A DNA stretch of 32,000 nucleotides from an archaeon (GTDB lineage: Archaea > Iainarchaeota > Iainarchaeia > Iainarchaeales > CSSED10-239), in assembly GCA_035390665.1 (NCBI GenBank), contig DAOOUC010000002.1:1-32000 (forward strand). The letters are read 5' to 3'. Under the pieces are notes generated by a model, which searched no databases, was not told where the DNA came from, and saw only the letters and a list, made by a program, of their open reading frames with translations. Of this stretch, positions 1 to 9,218 are shown in pieces; position 1 is the stretch's first letter; the number at the start of each line of letters is the position of its first letter. The translations under genes were made by a program, and so were the position numbers.

Positions 1-156
1 GAAGTAAAGGGAAAAGACATAATTGTAAGAGGTCACAACAAATACAATACTGGCCAAACAGCAGGAAATATTGAAAAAACCACAAGAGTTGTTGGAAGAG
101 ATTTCAGAATATTTGATGATGGTTGTTATATTGTTGAAAAAGCAAAGCAGGAATGA
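1..156 (+). CDS. rpl6: Ribosomal protein L6 (archaeal uL6), C-terminal fragment, 5' truncated by window edge
   Basis: Frame 1 reads [51 protein letters not shown], a uL6 C-terminus, directly upstream of L32e as in spc operons. Confidence 0.93.
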   Translation, partial: EVKGKDIIVRGHNKYNTGQTAGNIEKTTRVVGRDFRIFDDGCYIVEKAKQE

Positions 157-497
157 TTATGAGTAATGATACACCAAACTTTAGAGGGCATTTCCCAATT
201 ACACTTAGAAGAACAAAACATAATAGAAAAGTTCAGAAATGGAGATATCCAAGAGGTATTGATAGACACATGTCTGAAAAGAAAGGACCTCAGCCAAAAA
301 TAGGATATGGTCATAAATCTGAATTAAAAGACGCGCACCCTTGTGGTTTAAAAGAATGTTTAATTAGATCTAAAACAGACCTTTTAAAATTAGAAACAAA
401 AGATGTTGTAATTAGATTTAGTGCAACTCTTGGTGAAAAGAAAAAATTAGAATTAAAAGCACTTGCAAAAGAAAAAGGATATAAAGTAATTAATTAA
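153..497 (+). CDS. rpl32e: Ribosomal protein L32e
   Basis: ORF 114 aa with [44 protein letters not shown]; synteny L6-L32e-L19e. Confidence 0.93.
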   Translation: MIMSNDTPNFRGHFPITLRRTKHNRKVQKWRYPRGIDRHMSEKKGPQPKIGYGHKSELKDAHPCGLKECLIRSKTDLLKLETKDVVIRFSATLGEKKKLELKALAKEKGYKVIN

Positions 498-511
498 ATT
501 GGTGTAATTAT

Positions 512-961
512 ATGAAATTAAATAAATTAAAAGATATTTCAGGAACACTTCTTAAGAAAAGTAAACACAAGTTAGTTGTTGATAAAAAAGCTTATGATGA
601 CAACAAAGAATTTGTAGATAAGGCAATAACTAAACAAGATGTTAGAGAAATAATCTCAAAAGGAGTTATTAAGAAAAAAGCAGATACTGGGCAATCAAGA
701 GGAAGAGCAAGAGTCCTTTTAGAAAAAAAGAAACTTAAAAGAAAAAGAGGACAAGGAAAAAGAAAGGGAACGCCACAGGCAAGACAGAAAAGAAATACTT
801 ATAATGAAAGAGTAAGAGGTCTTAGAAAAAGATTAAGAGAATTAAGAAAAGAAGACAAATTAAATGATAAAGTTTATAGTAAAATTTATCTTATGATTAA
901 AGGAAATTATTTTAGAGGAAAAAAACATTTAGAAGAATATATTAGTGGTGAAAATAAATGA
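512..961 (+). CDS. rpl19e: Ribosomal protein L19e
   Basis: ORF 149 aa; GVIKKKADTGQSRGRARVLLEKKKLKRKRGQGKRKGTPQARQ motif; synteny. Confidence 0.96.
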   Translation: MKLNKLKDISGTLLKKSKHKLVVDKKAYDDNKEFVDKAITKQDVREIISKGVIKKKADTGQSRGRARVLLEKKKLKRKRGQGKRKGTPQARQKRNTYNERVRGLRKRLRELRKEDKLNDKVYSKIYLMIKGNYFRGKKHLEEYISGENK

Positions 962-1470
962 CATCAGGACCAACTTATAAAACTCAGTTCAAAAGAAGAA
1001 TTGAACAAAAAACAGATTATAAGAAAAGATTAGCAATTCTTAAATCTAAAAAAGACAGAGTAGTCTTGAGAATATCTAATGTATCAGTAAAAGCACAATT
1101 AATTAGATATGATAAAGATGGAGACAAAACAATTGTTTCTGCATATTCAAAAGAATTAATTGCTTTAGGATATACAGGAAATATAAAAAACACTCCTGCA
1201 GTTTATCTAACAACATTATTACTTTGCCAAAAAGCAAAAAAAGCAGGCATTAAAGAAGTTGTTTTTGACTTAGGTGCAAGAAATTATAAATCAGGCAATA
1301 AAATATTTGCTGGATTAAAAGCAATTGTTGATAGTGGAATTGATTGTCCACACAACGAGAAAGCATTCCCTACAAAAGACAGAATAGAAGGAAAAGTAAT
1401 TTCAGGTTATTTAAAAAAACCTGTTGATAAAGAATTTACAACAGTTAAAGAAAAAATATTAAAGATGTGA
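958..1470 (+). CDS. rpl18: Ribosomal protein L18 (uL18)
   Basis: ORF 170 aa; YKTQFKRRIEQKTDYKKRLAILKSKKDRVVLRISN; overlaps L19e stop by 4 nt. Confidence 0.95.
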   Translation: MTSGPTYKTQFKRRIEQKTDYKKRLAILKSKKDRVVLRISNVSVKAQLIRYDKDGDKTIVSAYSKELIALGYTGNIKNTPAVYLTTLLLCQKAKKAGIKEVVFDLGARNYKSGNKIFAGLKAIVDSGIDCPHNEKAFPTKDRIEGKVISGYLKKPVDKEFTTVKEKILKM

Positions 1471-1477
1471 TTATTTT

Positions 1478-2194
1478 ATGTGTGCGTTTAGAGAAAGAAA
1501 CAGCAGAGATAAAGGAAGAAGAAGAGAAAAAGAAAAGGAAAAAGTTTTTGATAAAGATTTATGGCTTCCAAAAACAGAACTAGGTAAGAAAGTAAAATCT
1601 GGAGAAGTTTCTTCACTTGATGATGTTTTCAAACTTGGAAAAAAAATAATGGAACCAGAAATTATCGATTATTTTATTCCTGAATTACAAATGAAAGTTA
1701 TTGATGTTAAGAAAACAACAAGAGTAACAAGAGCAGGAAGACATTTCTCTTTTAGAGTTTCTGTAATTATTGGAGACGGAAACGGACACATAGGCGTTGG
1801 TACAGGAAAGAATATTGAAAGAATTATAGCACAGCAAAAAGCAATCAAAGAAGCAAAATTAAATCTTGTTCCAATAAAAAGAGGTTGTGGATCTTGGGAA
1901 TGTAATTGTTCAAAAAAGCATTCTGTTCCTTATAAAATTATAGGAAAATGTTCATCTCTTAGAGTTGAATTACTTCCAGCACCAAACGGAATTGGTTTAG
2001 CTGCAAGTGATACAATTAAACCAGTTTTAACATTAGTTGGAATAAAAGACGTTTGGTCTAATACTAGAGGTGCAACAGACACGAAATTAAACTTTGTTAG
2101 AGCAACAATTGATGCTTTATATAAAATTTCAGAATTGAAATCAAGAGAGCCAAGTGCTGAATCTGAAATAAAAGAAGAAGAAAAAGGTAATTAA
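1478..2194 (+). CDS. rps5: Ribosomal protein S5 (uS5)
   Basis: ORF 238 aa; VTRAGRHFSFRVSVIIGDGNGHIGVGTGKNIERIIAQQKAIKEAKLNL. Confidence 0.96.
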   Translation: MCAFRERNSRDKGRRREKEKEKVFDKDLWLPKTELGKKVKSGEVSSLDDVFKLGKKIMEPEIIDYFIPELQMKVIDVKKTTRVTRAGRHFSFRVSVIIGDGNGHIGVGTGKNIERIIAQQKAIKEAKLNLVPIKRGCGSWECNCSKKHSVPYKIIGKCSSLRVELLPAPNGIGLAASDTIKPVLTLVGIKDVWSNTRGATDTKLNFVRATIDALYKISELKSREPSAESEIKEEEKGN

Positions 2195-2196
2195 AT

Positions 2197-2661
2197 ATGT
2201 TTGCAATATTAAGAGTAAGAGGACCAATTAAGGTTAATGTAGATATTGAACACACAATGAAATTATTAAGACTTACAAGAGTTAATCATTGTGTAATATA
2301 TCCTGAAGACAAGAAAATAAAAGGAATGTTATTTAAGATAAGAAACCTAGTTACTTATGGAGAAATAACAAATGAAACCTTAAAGAAAATGCTTGTAAAA
2401 AGAGGATTTGTTTATACAGATAAAGGAAAATTACTTAAGTTTAAAGAACAATATACAGATGAAAAGAAAATAGATAAGCTTGTTGAGGATTTAATTGCTG
2501 GAAAAGTTAAGATGAATGATGTTAATTTAAAACCAGTATTTAGATTAAAGCCACCAACAAAAGGATACGACAGAAAAGGAATTAAAAAAACATTTAAGGA
2601 AGGCGGAGTTCTAGGATATAGAGCAGACCACATAAATAAATTACTTTTAAAAATGATTTAA
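2197..2661 (+). CDS. rpl30: Ribosomal protein L30 (uL30)
   Basis: ORF 154 aa; FAILRVRGPIKVNVDIEHTMKLLRLTRVNHCVIYP; synteny. Confidence 0.95.
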   Translation: MFAILRVRGPIKVNVDIEHTMKLLRLTRVNHCVIYPEDKKIKGMLFKIRNLVTYGEITNETLKKMLVKRGFVYTDKGKLLKFKEQYTDEKKIDKLVEDLIAGKVKMNDVNLKPVFRLKPPTKGYDRKGIKKTFKEGGVLGYRADHINKLLLKMI

Positions 2662-2674
2662 ATTTGGGATAATT

Positions 2675-3043
2675 ATGGGTAGAACAAAAGTTGATAGATT
2701 AAGAGGAAAAAGAACTCACGGTCACGGTAACACAAAGAACGCAAGAGGTTCTGGTTGTACTGGTGGAAAAGGTAGAGCTGGATCCACAAAACACAAATTC
2801 ACTAAATATTATGTTGATTTTGGCCAGAGAATAACACTTAAGGCAAAAACAAAATTAAAAACAATTACATTAGAAGCATTATCTGGATTAATTAAAGATC
2901 AGAAAGAAATAAATTTAAAAGAAATGGGTTATGATAAAATCTTAGGAAAAGGAAAATTATCAAAACCAGTAATAATAAAAAATGCAATTGCAACAGAAAT
3001 TGCAAAAGAAAAAATAGAAAGCATTGGGGGAAAACTTGAATGA
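2675..3043 (+). CDS. rpl15: Ribosomal protein L15 (uL15)
   Basis: ORF 122 aa; RLRGKRTHGHGNTKNARGSGCTGGKGRAGSTKHK. Confidence 0.95.
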   Translation: MGRTKVDRLRGKRTHGHGNTKNARGSGCTGGKGRAGSTKHKFTKYYVDFGQRITLKAKTKLKTITLEALSGLIKDQKEINLKEMGYDKILGKGKLSKPVIIKNAIATEIAKEKIESIGGKLE

Positions 3044-4374
3044 GTTTCTTTGATGGCCTTTTAAAGGCATTACCTGCAGTTAAGGACCCTAGTAAGGTTC
3101 CAACTACAAGGCAAAAATTGCTTTGGACTTTAATTGTTTTGGTTATTTATTTTATACTTGGTACAATAAGTTTAATTGGACTTGATCCAAGTAAGACTGC
3201 AAGTCTTGGAATGTATCAAATGATTCTTGCAAGTGATATCGGTACATTAATTACTCTTGGTATTGGGCCAATTGTTTTAGCATCAATTATTTTACAATTG
3301 CTTGCAGGAGTAAAAATAATTAATTTTGATTTTTCTAATCCTGCAGAAAGAGCAAGATTTACAGGAACACAAAAATTATTAGCAATAATATTATCTTTAG
3401 TTCAAGCATTTATTTATGTTAAATTTGGAATGCTTGCTCCACTTCCAGGAATGCTTTGGTTAGTGGTTTTGCAGGTTTTCATAGGTGCAATGATTGTATT
3501 GTATCTAGATGAAGTAGTAAGCAAATATGGAATTGGTTCAGGAATTGGATTATTCATCGCGGCAGGAGTTTGTCAAACAATTATTTGGAGAATTTTTAGT
3601 TTTCCAGTAACTTCTCAAAATTATCCTGGTGGACTATTATTCCAAGGAATACAATTATTGATGAGTGGTGCAACACTTGAATTATTATCAGTAGTATTAC
3701 TTCCAATAATTTTTACAATTGTTGTTTTCTTAGCAGTAGTGTATGCAGAAAGCGTACATGTTAATATTCCATTAACAGTTGGAAGAAGCGGCATGGGTGC
3801 TAACTTTCCAGTTAAATTAATGTATGTTTCAAATATGCCTGTAATTTTAGCCGCAACATTGTTTGCAAATGTTGCATTGTTAGCAACTTTATTTAAAAAT
3901 ACGGCAGCAGCAAATGTTTTAATTCCTTTATCCAATTTTTTGACTGCACCTCACGAACTATTACAAAATATAATTATGGGCGCAGCAACAGGAAGTATGT
4001 TATTACATGCACTTGGATACACAATAGTTTTTGTTTTAATTTGTGTAATCTTTGGAAAATTTTGGATTGAAGTGGGTGGACAAGGAACAGAAAATGTTGC
4101 AAGTCAATTACAAAGATCAGGAATGTCTATTCCAGGATTTAGAAGAGATGAAAGAGTTTTAGTTTCTGTATTAAACAGATATATTCCAACAATTGTGATT
4201 CTAGGATCAATATTTGTTGCATTATTAGCTGTATTAGCAGATCTCACAGGAGCAATAGGTACAGGAACAGGAATATTATTAACAGTTGGAATAGTTTATA
4301 GATTTTATGAACAATTGGCAAAGGATCAATTATTTGAATCCGGGAATTTTTTAAAACAAATGATGGGTAAGTGA
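3040..4374 (+). CDS. secY: Protein translocase subunit SecY
   Basis: ORF 444 aa, multi-TM; GIGSGIGLFIAAGVCQTIIWRIF and SGMSIPGFRRDERVLVSVLNRYIPTIVILGS; 4-nt overlap with L15. Confidence 0.97.
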   Translation: MSFFDGLLKALPAVKDPSKVPTTRQKLLWTLIVLVIYFILGTISLIGLDPSKTASLGMYQMILASDIGTLITLGIGPIVLASIILQLLAGVKIINFDFSNPAERARFTGTQKLLAIILSLVQAFIYVKFGMLAPLPGMLWLVVLQVFIGAMIVLYLDEVVSKYGIGSGIGLFIAAGVCQTIIWRIFSFPVTSQNYPGGLLFQGIQLLMSGATLELLSVVLLPIIFTIVVFLAVVYAESVHVNIPLTVGRSGMGANFPVKLMYVSNMPVILAATLFANVALLATLFKNTAAANVLIPLSNFLTAPHELLQNIIMGAATGSMLLHALGYTIVFVLICVIFGKFWIEVGGQGTENVASQLQRSGMSIPGFRRDERVLVSVLNRYIPTIVILGSIFVALLAVLADLTGAIGTGTGILLTVGIVYRFYEQLAKDQLFESGNFLKQMMGK

Positions 4375-4377
4375 TGT

Positions 4378-4857
4378 TTGATGAATGTGCCAATGATTGA
4401 CAAATGGGTTGATTTGATTTTTATTGCAGTTATTTTTGTAATAACCAATAGAACAATACAACATTTATTTGCGGATCCTAAAGAGTATTTTTTTGTTAAA
4501 AGAAGAAATAAAGAAATACAAGAAGAAATGAAAGGGCTAATGGCAAAGAACGACTACATAGCTGTTCAAGAAAAACAAAAAGAAGCATTTAATTTAATGT
4601 CAAGACAATTTAAGTCTTTATTTAAAACAATGATTCCATTATTATTATTGTCTTTACCATTCCTATATGTTATAAATAAGTTTTATGGGCCAATACAATA
4701 CATTGTAACAACATTTCCATGGAGTTTTGATTTGTATGGTTTTTGGACATTTTTCTTTATAACATTTATATTATCAATAATTACAAACAATGTTTATGAC
4801 AAAATATTTGAAAAAAAATATGCAGATTATGTTCCTGCAGATTATAAAAAAAAATAA
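4378..4857 (+). CDS. EMC3/TMCO1 family (DUF106) Oxa1/YidC-like membrane protein
   Basis: ORF 159 aa with ~3 TM helices and central charged coil, immediately after SecY as typical for archaeal DUF106 proteins. Confidence 0.8.
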   Translation: MMNVPMIDKWVDLIFIAVIFVITNRTIQHLFADPKEYFFVKRRNKEIQEEMKGLMAKNDYIAVQEKQKEAFNLMSRQFKSLFKTMIPLLLLSLPFLYVINKFYGPIQYIVTTFPWSFDLYGFWTFFFITFILSIITNNVYDKIFEKKYADYVPADYKKK

Positions 4858-4861
4858 TTCA

Positions 4862-4880
4862 TTTATAAATAAATTTATAT
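4862..4880 (+). promoter_or_regulatory. Candidate AT-rich promoter (TATA-like) upstream of L34e
   Basis: tttataaataaatttatat includes inverted pair TATAAAT-AA-ATTTATA (4864-4879), ~28 nt upstream of the L34e ATG; GGTG at 4896-4899 then follows. Confidence 0.4.
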
Positions 4881-4907
4881 ATAATATACATATACGGTGA
4901 AAAAAAT

Positions 4908-5249
4908 ATGCCTAATCCAAATCAAAAATTTAAGAAACATAAAAGTACAATAACTCCTGGTAAAAGAAATTCAAGAGTAATTGTAAAAAAGAAAACATCA
5001 AATCATAAGTGTGCAGTATGTAAAAGTACATTACATGGTATGCCTCATGGAAAAAGAACATTTGAGGTTAAAAAATTAAGTAAAACAGAAAGAAGACCAG
5101 AGAATTTATTGTCAAGTGTTTTATGTCCAAAATGTAGACAAATTGCATATCAAGAAGCAGTAATGTTAAAGAATAATATTAAGCAAGAAAAAGATTTAGA
5201 TTTAAGATATTTAAAATATATAAAAATGATAATGAAAAAAATTGAGTGA
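4908..5249 (+). CDS. rpl34e: Ribosomal protein L34e
   Basis: ORF 113 aa; Cys pairs CAVCKSTLHGMP and CPKCRQIAYQEAVM. Confidence 0.9.
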   Translation: MPNPNQKFKKHKSTITPGKRNSRVIVKKKTSNHKCAVCKSTLHGMPHGKRTFEVKKLSKTERRPENLLSSVLCPKCRQIAYQEAVMLKNNIKQEKDLDLRYLKYIKMIMKKIE

Positions 5250-5255
5250 TTTTTT

Positions 5256-5414
5256 ATGGGTTTATTAAAAGTTGGAAAAAAATGCACAATAATGCAAGGA
5301 AGAAATTTTGGTAAAAAAATTATAATAGACAATTTAGATTCTAAATTTGTTTATTATAAAAATAAAGACAAAGTTGAAAAGATAGGAATACAACATGTAT
5401 TTCCTTTAGAATAA
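5256..5414 (+). CDS. rpl14e: Short ribosomal protein L14e (KOW domain), 52 aa; missed by the supplied ORF track
   Basis: Manual translation MGLLKVGKKCTIMQGRNFGKKIIIDNLDSKFVYYKNKDKVEKIGIQHVFPLE*; L14e-like pattern and location between L34e and S13. Confidence 0.75.
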   Translation: MGLLKVGKKCTIMQGRNFGKKIIIDNLDSKFVYYKNKDKVEKIGIQHVFPLE

Positions 5415-5433
5415 TTAAAAATGTGAAATATTT

Positions 5434-6048
5434 ATGGCAAAAAAACAAGATAAAAAATCACAGGAAAATACTCCAAAGCAAAATAAAGGAAAGGCTTCTG
5501 CAGGTAAAGTTTTAAAAGTTGAAAAATCAACTCCACAAACAGATAAATTAAAGATGTCTAAAGCTAAACCAAAGCCAAGTCATTTTAATGCTGCAAAAGA
5601 AGGTGCAGACTTTAAACAAATAGTAAGAATATCAAATAGAGATGTTCCAGGTTATATGACTATTGCAGATGGTTTGACTCTGGTTTATGGAATAGGAAAA
5701 AGATCAAGTAAAATTATAGAAGAAATATTTTTTGAGAAATCAGGAAAAGTAATTACAAAAGTAGGTCATTTATCTGATGAAGATATATTAAAGATCGAAG
5801 ACATAATAGTTAATTTAGACAAATATGTGCCTGCTTGGTTATTAAATAGACCTAAAGAAAGAGACGGGGGCCAAGCACAATATATCATGGCTGATTTAAA
5901 GCTAGTTGAAAGAAAAGAACTTCAAAGACTTGGAAAAATAAAAAGTTATAGAGGTTTAAGATTACAATGGGGTCTAAGAGTAAGAGGCCAAAAAACAAAA
6001 TCAACTGGAAGAAGACATGGTACTATTGGTGTTAACAAAAAGAAATAA
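5434..6048 (+). CDS. rps13: Ribosomal protein S13 (uS13) with ~55 aa lysine-rich N-terminal extension
   Basis: ORF 204 aa; FKQIVRISNRDVPGYMTIADGLTLVYGIGKRSSKII and GLRLQWGLRVRGQKTKSTGRRHGTIGVNKKK. Confidence 0.95.
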   Translation: MAKKQDKKSQENTPKQNKGKASAGKVLKVEKSTPQTDKLKMSKAKPKPSHFNAAKEGADFKQIVRISNRDVPGYMTIADGLTLVYGIGKRSSKIIEEIFFEKSGKVITKVGHLSDEDILKIEDIIVNLDKYVPAWLLNRPKERDGGQAQYIMADLKLVERKELQRLGKIKSYRGLRLQWGLRVRGQKTKSTGRRHGTIGVNKKK

Positions 6049-6073
6049 GGCATGAAAAAAACGGTGAATAAAA

Positions 6074-6622
6074 ATGGGTGAACCTAGAAAATTAAGTAGA
6101 AGGTATGATGTACCAAGAAAATTGCACGATAAACAAAAAATGATTATCGATAATAAACTAACAAAAGAATATGGTTTAAAAACTAAAAAAGAAATTTGGA
6201 AAGCAGAATCTGTTGTTAGAAATTATAGAAAAGTTGCAAGAAGTCTTTTAGCAGGAAATGTTGATAATTATGAGAAAAGACATGCAGAACTTTTAGGAAG
6301 ATTACAGAAGATGGGTATCTTTACAAAAGATCACACAATAGATGATGTTTTAAAATTACAAGCATCTGATATTTTAGAAAGAAGATTACAAACACAAGCA
6401 TTTAGAAGAGGATTAGCATTAACACCAAATCAAGCAAGACAATTAATTGTTCATGGGCATGTTATTGTAAACGGAGTTAAGAGAACAGCACCAGGTTCAA
6501 TCGTAATGGCAGGAGATTCAATTGCTTATAAAAATACAAAAATAAAAGCAGTAATTGACAAATCACTTGAACAAAAAGGTAAACCAGCATTAAAAGAAAC
6601 AAAAAAGGAGAGTGAACAATAA
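6074..6622 (+). CDS. rps4: Ribosomal protein S4 (uS4)
   Basis: ORF 182 aa; RRLQTQAFRRGLALTPNQARQLIVHGHVIVNG S4 domain; GGTG 6063-6066 upstream of ATG. Confidence 0.96.
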   Translation: MGEPRKLSRRYDVPRKLHDKQKMIIDNKLTKEYGLKTKKEIWKAESVVRNYRKVARSLLAGNVDNYEKRHAELLGRLQKMGIFTKDHTIDDVLKLQASDILERRLQTQAFRRGLALTPNQARQLIVHGHVIVNGVKRTAPGSIVMAGDSIAYKNTKIKAVIDKSLEQKGKPALKETKKESEQ

Positions 6623-7012
6623 ATGGCAGCTCCAGGAAAAACAGGTATAGTAAATATTTTTGCTTCAAGAAATAACACCTTGATTGTTTTAACAGATGAA
6701 ACCGGAGCAGAAGTTATTGCAAAATGTTCTGGTGGACAAATGACAAAATCACAACATAAAGAAGGATCACCTTACATTGCAACAAAAATTGCTCAAACAA
6801 TTGCAGATAAAGCTAATGAAAAAGGAATAAAGAATGTTCACGTTAAGATAAGAGCACCAGGTGGAAATTTATATTATAATCCAGGACAAGGTGCAGAATC
6901 ATCATTAAAGACATTAACAAGAGCAGGTCTTAATATTTTAAGTATTTCAAACACTACACCAGTCCCACACGATGGTTGTAGAAAACAAGAAAAGTTTAGA
7001 AAGAAAAATTAA
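6623..7012 (+). CDS. rps11: Ribosomal protein S11 (uS11)
   Basis: ORF 129 aa; VNIFASRNNTLIVLTDETGAEVIAKCSGG and TPVPHDGCRKQEKFRKKN. Confidence 0.96.
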   Translation: MAAPGKTGIVNIFASRNNTLIVLTDETGAEVIAKCSGGQMTKSQHKEGSPYIATKIAQTIADKANEKGIKNVHVKIRAPGGNLYYNPGQGAESSLKTLTRAGLNILSISNTTPVPHDGCRKQEKFRKKN

Positions 7013-7030
7013 GGTTAAAAAGGGAAAAAA

Positions 7031-7768
7031 ATGGTAAAAATAACATATCTTGATAAAGATGATAAAACACATAGGTTTTTAGTTGAAGGTACAGAAATTA
7101 CTAACTTAAATGTTTTAAGAAGAAAGATAGGTTATTGTTTAGACGTGTATGCAATTGATGAAGTTGACTTTTATGAAAACGATTCAGTAATTGTTGATGA
7201 AATGCTTGCAAATAGATTAGCATTATGTCCATTAACAACACCAGAAAATACAACAGGAAAAAAAGTAACTTTAAGTTTAGAAAAAACAGGTCCTTGTACA
7301 GTTTATTCAGGAGATCTTAAATCTAATGATAATGATATTGCACCAGTTTATGACACCATTCCATTAACAAAATTAAAAGAAAATCAAAATTTAAGATTAG
7401 ATGCATATGCAACACAAGGACAAGGAAGGACACACGTTAAATTTTCTCCAGCAATTGTATCTTATTCAATATTACCAGAATTAGAAATATTAAGAGGGTG
7501 CGATAGTTGTGAATTATGTGTAAAAGCTTGCCCAGTTAATTGTATTAAAATGGCATCAGGTAAACCAAAAATGGATGATGTTAATAAATGTATTAATTGT
7601 CAAGCGTGTGTTGATGCATGTCCAAAAAGTTGTTTAAAATTAAATGATACTAATAACTATATATTGTCAATAGAATTAATAGGCCAAATGGAAGTTTCAA
7701 CAATAATAAAATTATTAGATAGATATTCAAAAGAATATTTTATGTTACTTAAAAAGAAATTTAAGTAA
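7031..7768 (+). CDS. rpo3: RNA polymerase subunit D (Rpo3) with two complete ferredoxin-like 4Fe-4S motifs
   Basis: ORF 245 aa; AYATQGQGRTHVKFSPAIVSYSILPELEI, CDSCELCVKACP and CINCQACVDACP. Confidence 0.94.
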   Translation: MVKITYLDKDDKTHRFLVEGTEITNLNVLRRKIGYCLDVYAIDEVDFYENDSVIVDEMLANRLALCPLTTPENTTGKKVTLSLEKTGPCTVYSGDLKSNDNDIAPVYDTIPLTKLKENQNLRLDAYATQGQGRTHVKFSPAIVSYSILPELEILRGCDSCELCVKACPVNCIKMASGKPKMDDVNKCINCQACVDACPKSCLKLNDTNNYILSIELIGQMEVSTIIKLLDRYSKEYFMLLKKKFK

Positions 7769-7776
7769 TTTGATTT

Positions 7777-7857
7777 GCTGGGGTTCCCGAGCGGTCAAAG
7801 GGGCTGGACTTAAGATCCAGTGCTTAGTGCTTCACAGGTTCGAATCCTGTCCTCAGC
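7777..7857 (+). tRNA. tRNA-Leu (anticodon TAA)
   Basis: Acceptor GCTGGGG/CCTCAGC; anticodon stem CTGGA-CTTAAGA-TCCAG; long variable arm TGCTTAGTGCTTC; T arm ACAGG-TTCGAAT-CCTGT; no intron. Confidence 0.96.
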
Positions 7858-7869
7858 AGAGCTGGTTTC

Positions 7870-7931
7870 GCTCATGTTAAAAAAATCTAAAGATTTTTTG
7901 GCATCCTAAAAACCAACAGGTTTTTATGAGC
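7870..7931 (+). other. Predicted three-helix junction RNA element between tRNA-Leu and L18e
   Basis: P1 GCTCA(7870-7874)/TGAGC(7927-7931); P2 AAAAAATC(7880-7887)/GATTTTTT(7892-7899); P3 TAAAAACC(7907-7914)/GGTTTTTA(7919-7926). Confidence 0.45.
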
Positions 7932-7992
7932 TCGCACGCAATGTTTGCTAGATCCCAAAGAAAAATAAGAATTGATATTTAAAAATTAAAAA

Positions 7993-8361
7993 ATGATGAA
8001 AATTATGAAAGCATTAGATAAAAAGAATTTACAAACTCAGAAATTAATATCTGAATTATATAGATTATCAAAAGATAAGAAAAAAGAAGTTTATGCAGTA
8101 GTTGCTAAATCTCTAATGGCGCCAACTAGAAAAATAAATGGTGTTAATTTCTTTAAATTACAAAAATCAAGTCACGTTGTTGATGGCGACATAATTGTAA
8201 TTCCAGGAAAATTACTTGCGGTTGGAACATTAGAAAAGAAAATTACAATATATGCAAACGGTTTTTCTGAAAGCGCAAAAGCAAAATTTAAAAATATAAA
8301 ATTATTATCTGATTTGATAAAGGATAATGTAGACTATAAAAAAATTAAATTAATTAAATAA
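7993..8361 (+). CDS. rpl18e: Ribosomal protein L18e
   Basis: ORF 122 aa; APTRKINGVNFFKLQKSSHVVDGDIIVIPGKLLAVG; synteny L18e-L13-S9. Confidence 0.92.
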   Translation: MMKIMKALDKKNLQTQKLISELYRLSKDKKKEVYAVVAKSLMAPTRKINGVNFFKLQKSSHVVDGDIIVIPGKLLAVGTLEKKITIYANGFSESAKAKFKNIKLLSDLIKDNVDYKKIKLIK

Positions 8362-8377
8362 TTTTTGGTGAATTTTT

Positions 8378-8794
8378 ATGAAAGTAATAAATGCAAAAAA
8401 TAAAATTTTAGGAAGACTTTGTACAGAGATTTCTTCTGCTCTTTTAAGAGAACAAGATAAGATTATTGTTGTTAATGCAAATGATGCAATAATAACTGGT
8501 CAAAAAGACAACATAATGGAAAGATTCCAAGAAAGAACACATAGAAGAGGAAAAGGAAATCCATCAAAGAATGCAAAATATCCAAGATATCCAGATAAGA
8601 TGGTAAAGTTTGCAGTAAGAGGAATGCTTCCAAGAAATGCAAGAGGAACTGCAGCATTAAAGAAATTAAAAGTATTTATTGATGCTCCAGAGGAATATCA
8701 AAAAGACTTACCAAAAGCAGTCGAAGTTCCGAAAGTTAAAGGAATGAAATTAAATGAAATTTGTAAATTATTAGGTGCAAAATTAAAAATTTAA
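8378..8794 (+). CDS. rpl13: Ribosomal protein L13 (uL13)
   Basis: ORF 138 aa; VINAKNKILGRLCTEISSALL and HRRGKGNPSKNAKYPRYPDKMVKFAVRGMLPRNARG. Confidence 0.96.
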   Translation: MKVINAKNKILGRLCTEISSALLREQDKIIVVNANDAIITGQKDNIMERFQERTHRRGKGNPSKNAKYPRYPDKMVKFAVRGMLPRNARGTAALKKLKVFIDAPEEYQKDLPKAVEVPKVKGMKLNEICKLLGAKLKI

Positions 8795-8809
8795 ATTGTG
8801 TGAAAAAAT

Positions 8810-9211
8810 ATGGTAAAATATCATTGTGTAAAAGCTTCAAGAAAGAAAGCAATAGGAAGATGTATGGTTAAACCTGGAACAGGTAAAATTCATATTAATG
8901 GTGCTCCATTAGAGGCCTATTATAGCGGTTATAAACAAGGATTAATAAGAGAGCCAATGCTTCTTTTAGACGAAGAATCAAATAAACTTGATTATTTTGT
9001 TAATGTTAAAGGCGGAGGAATAATGTCTCAAGTTCAAACAGTAAGATCTTGTATTGCAAAAGGAATCCTTGCTTTTAATAATAAAGAAAAATTAAAAGAA
9101 AAAATTATGAGATATGATAGACACCTTCTTGTCGATGATGTAAGACAAAAAGAACCTAAGAAACAATTAGGTAAAGGTGCAAGAAAGAAGAAACAACACT
9201 CTAAAAGGTGA
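8810..9211 (+). CDS. rps9: Ribosomal protein S9 (uS9)
   Basis: ORF 133 aa; KASRKKAIGRCMVKPGTGKIHING and GARKKKQHSKR terminus. Confidence 0.96.
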   Translation: MVKYHCVKASRKKAIGRCMVKPGTGKIHINGAPLEAYYSGYKQGLIREPMLLLDEESNKLDYFVNVKGGGIMSQVQTVRSCIAKGILAFNNKEKLKEKIMRYDRHLLVDDVRQKEPKKQLGKGARKKKQHSKR

Positions 9212-9218
9212 AATATAT

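Noticed and set aside
7876-7909. Short ORF MLKKSKDFLAS* between tRNA-Leu and L18e
   Set aside because: Only 11 codons, no ribosome-binding site, and better explained by the predicted stem-loops.
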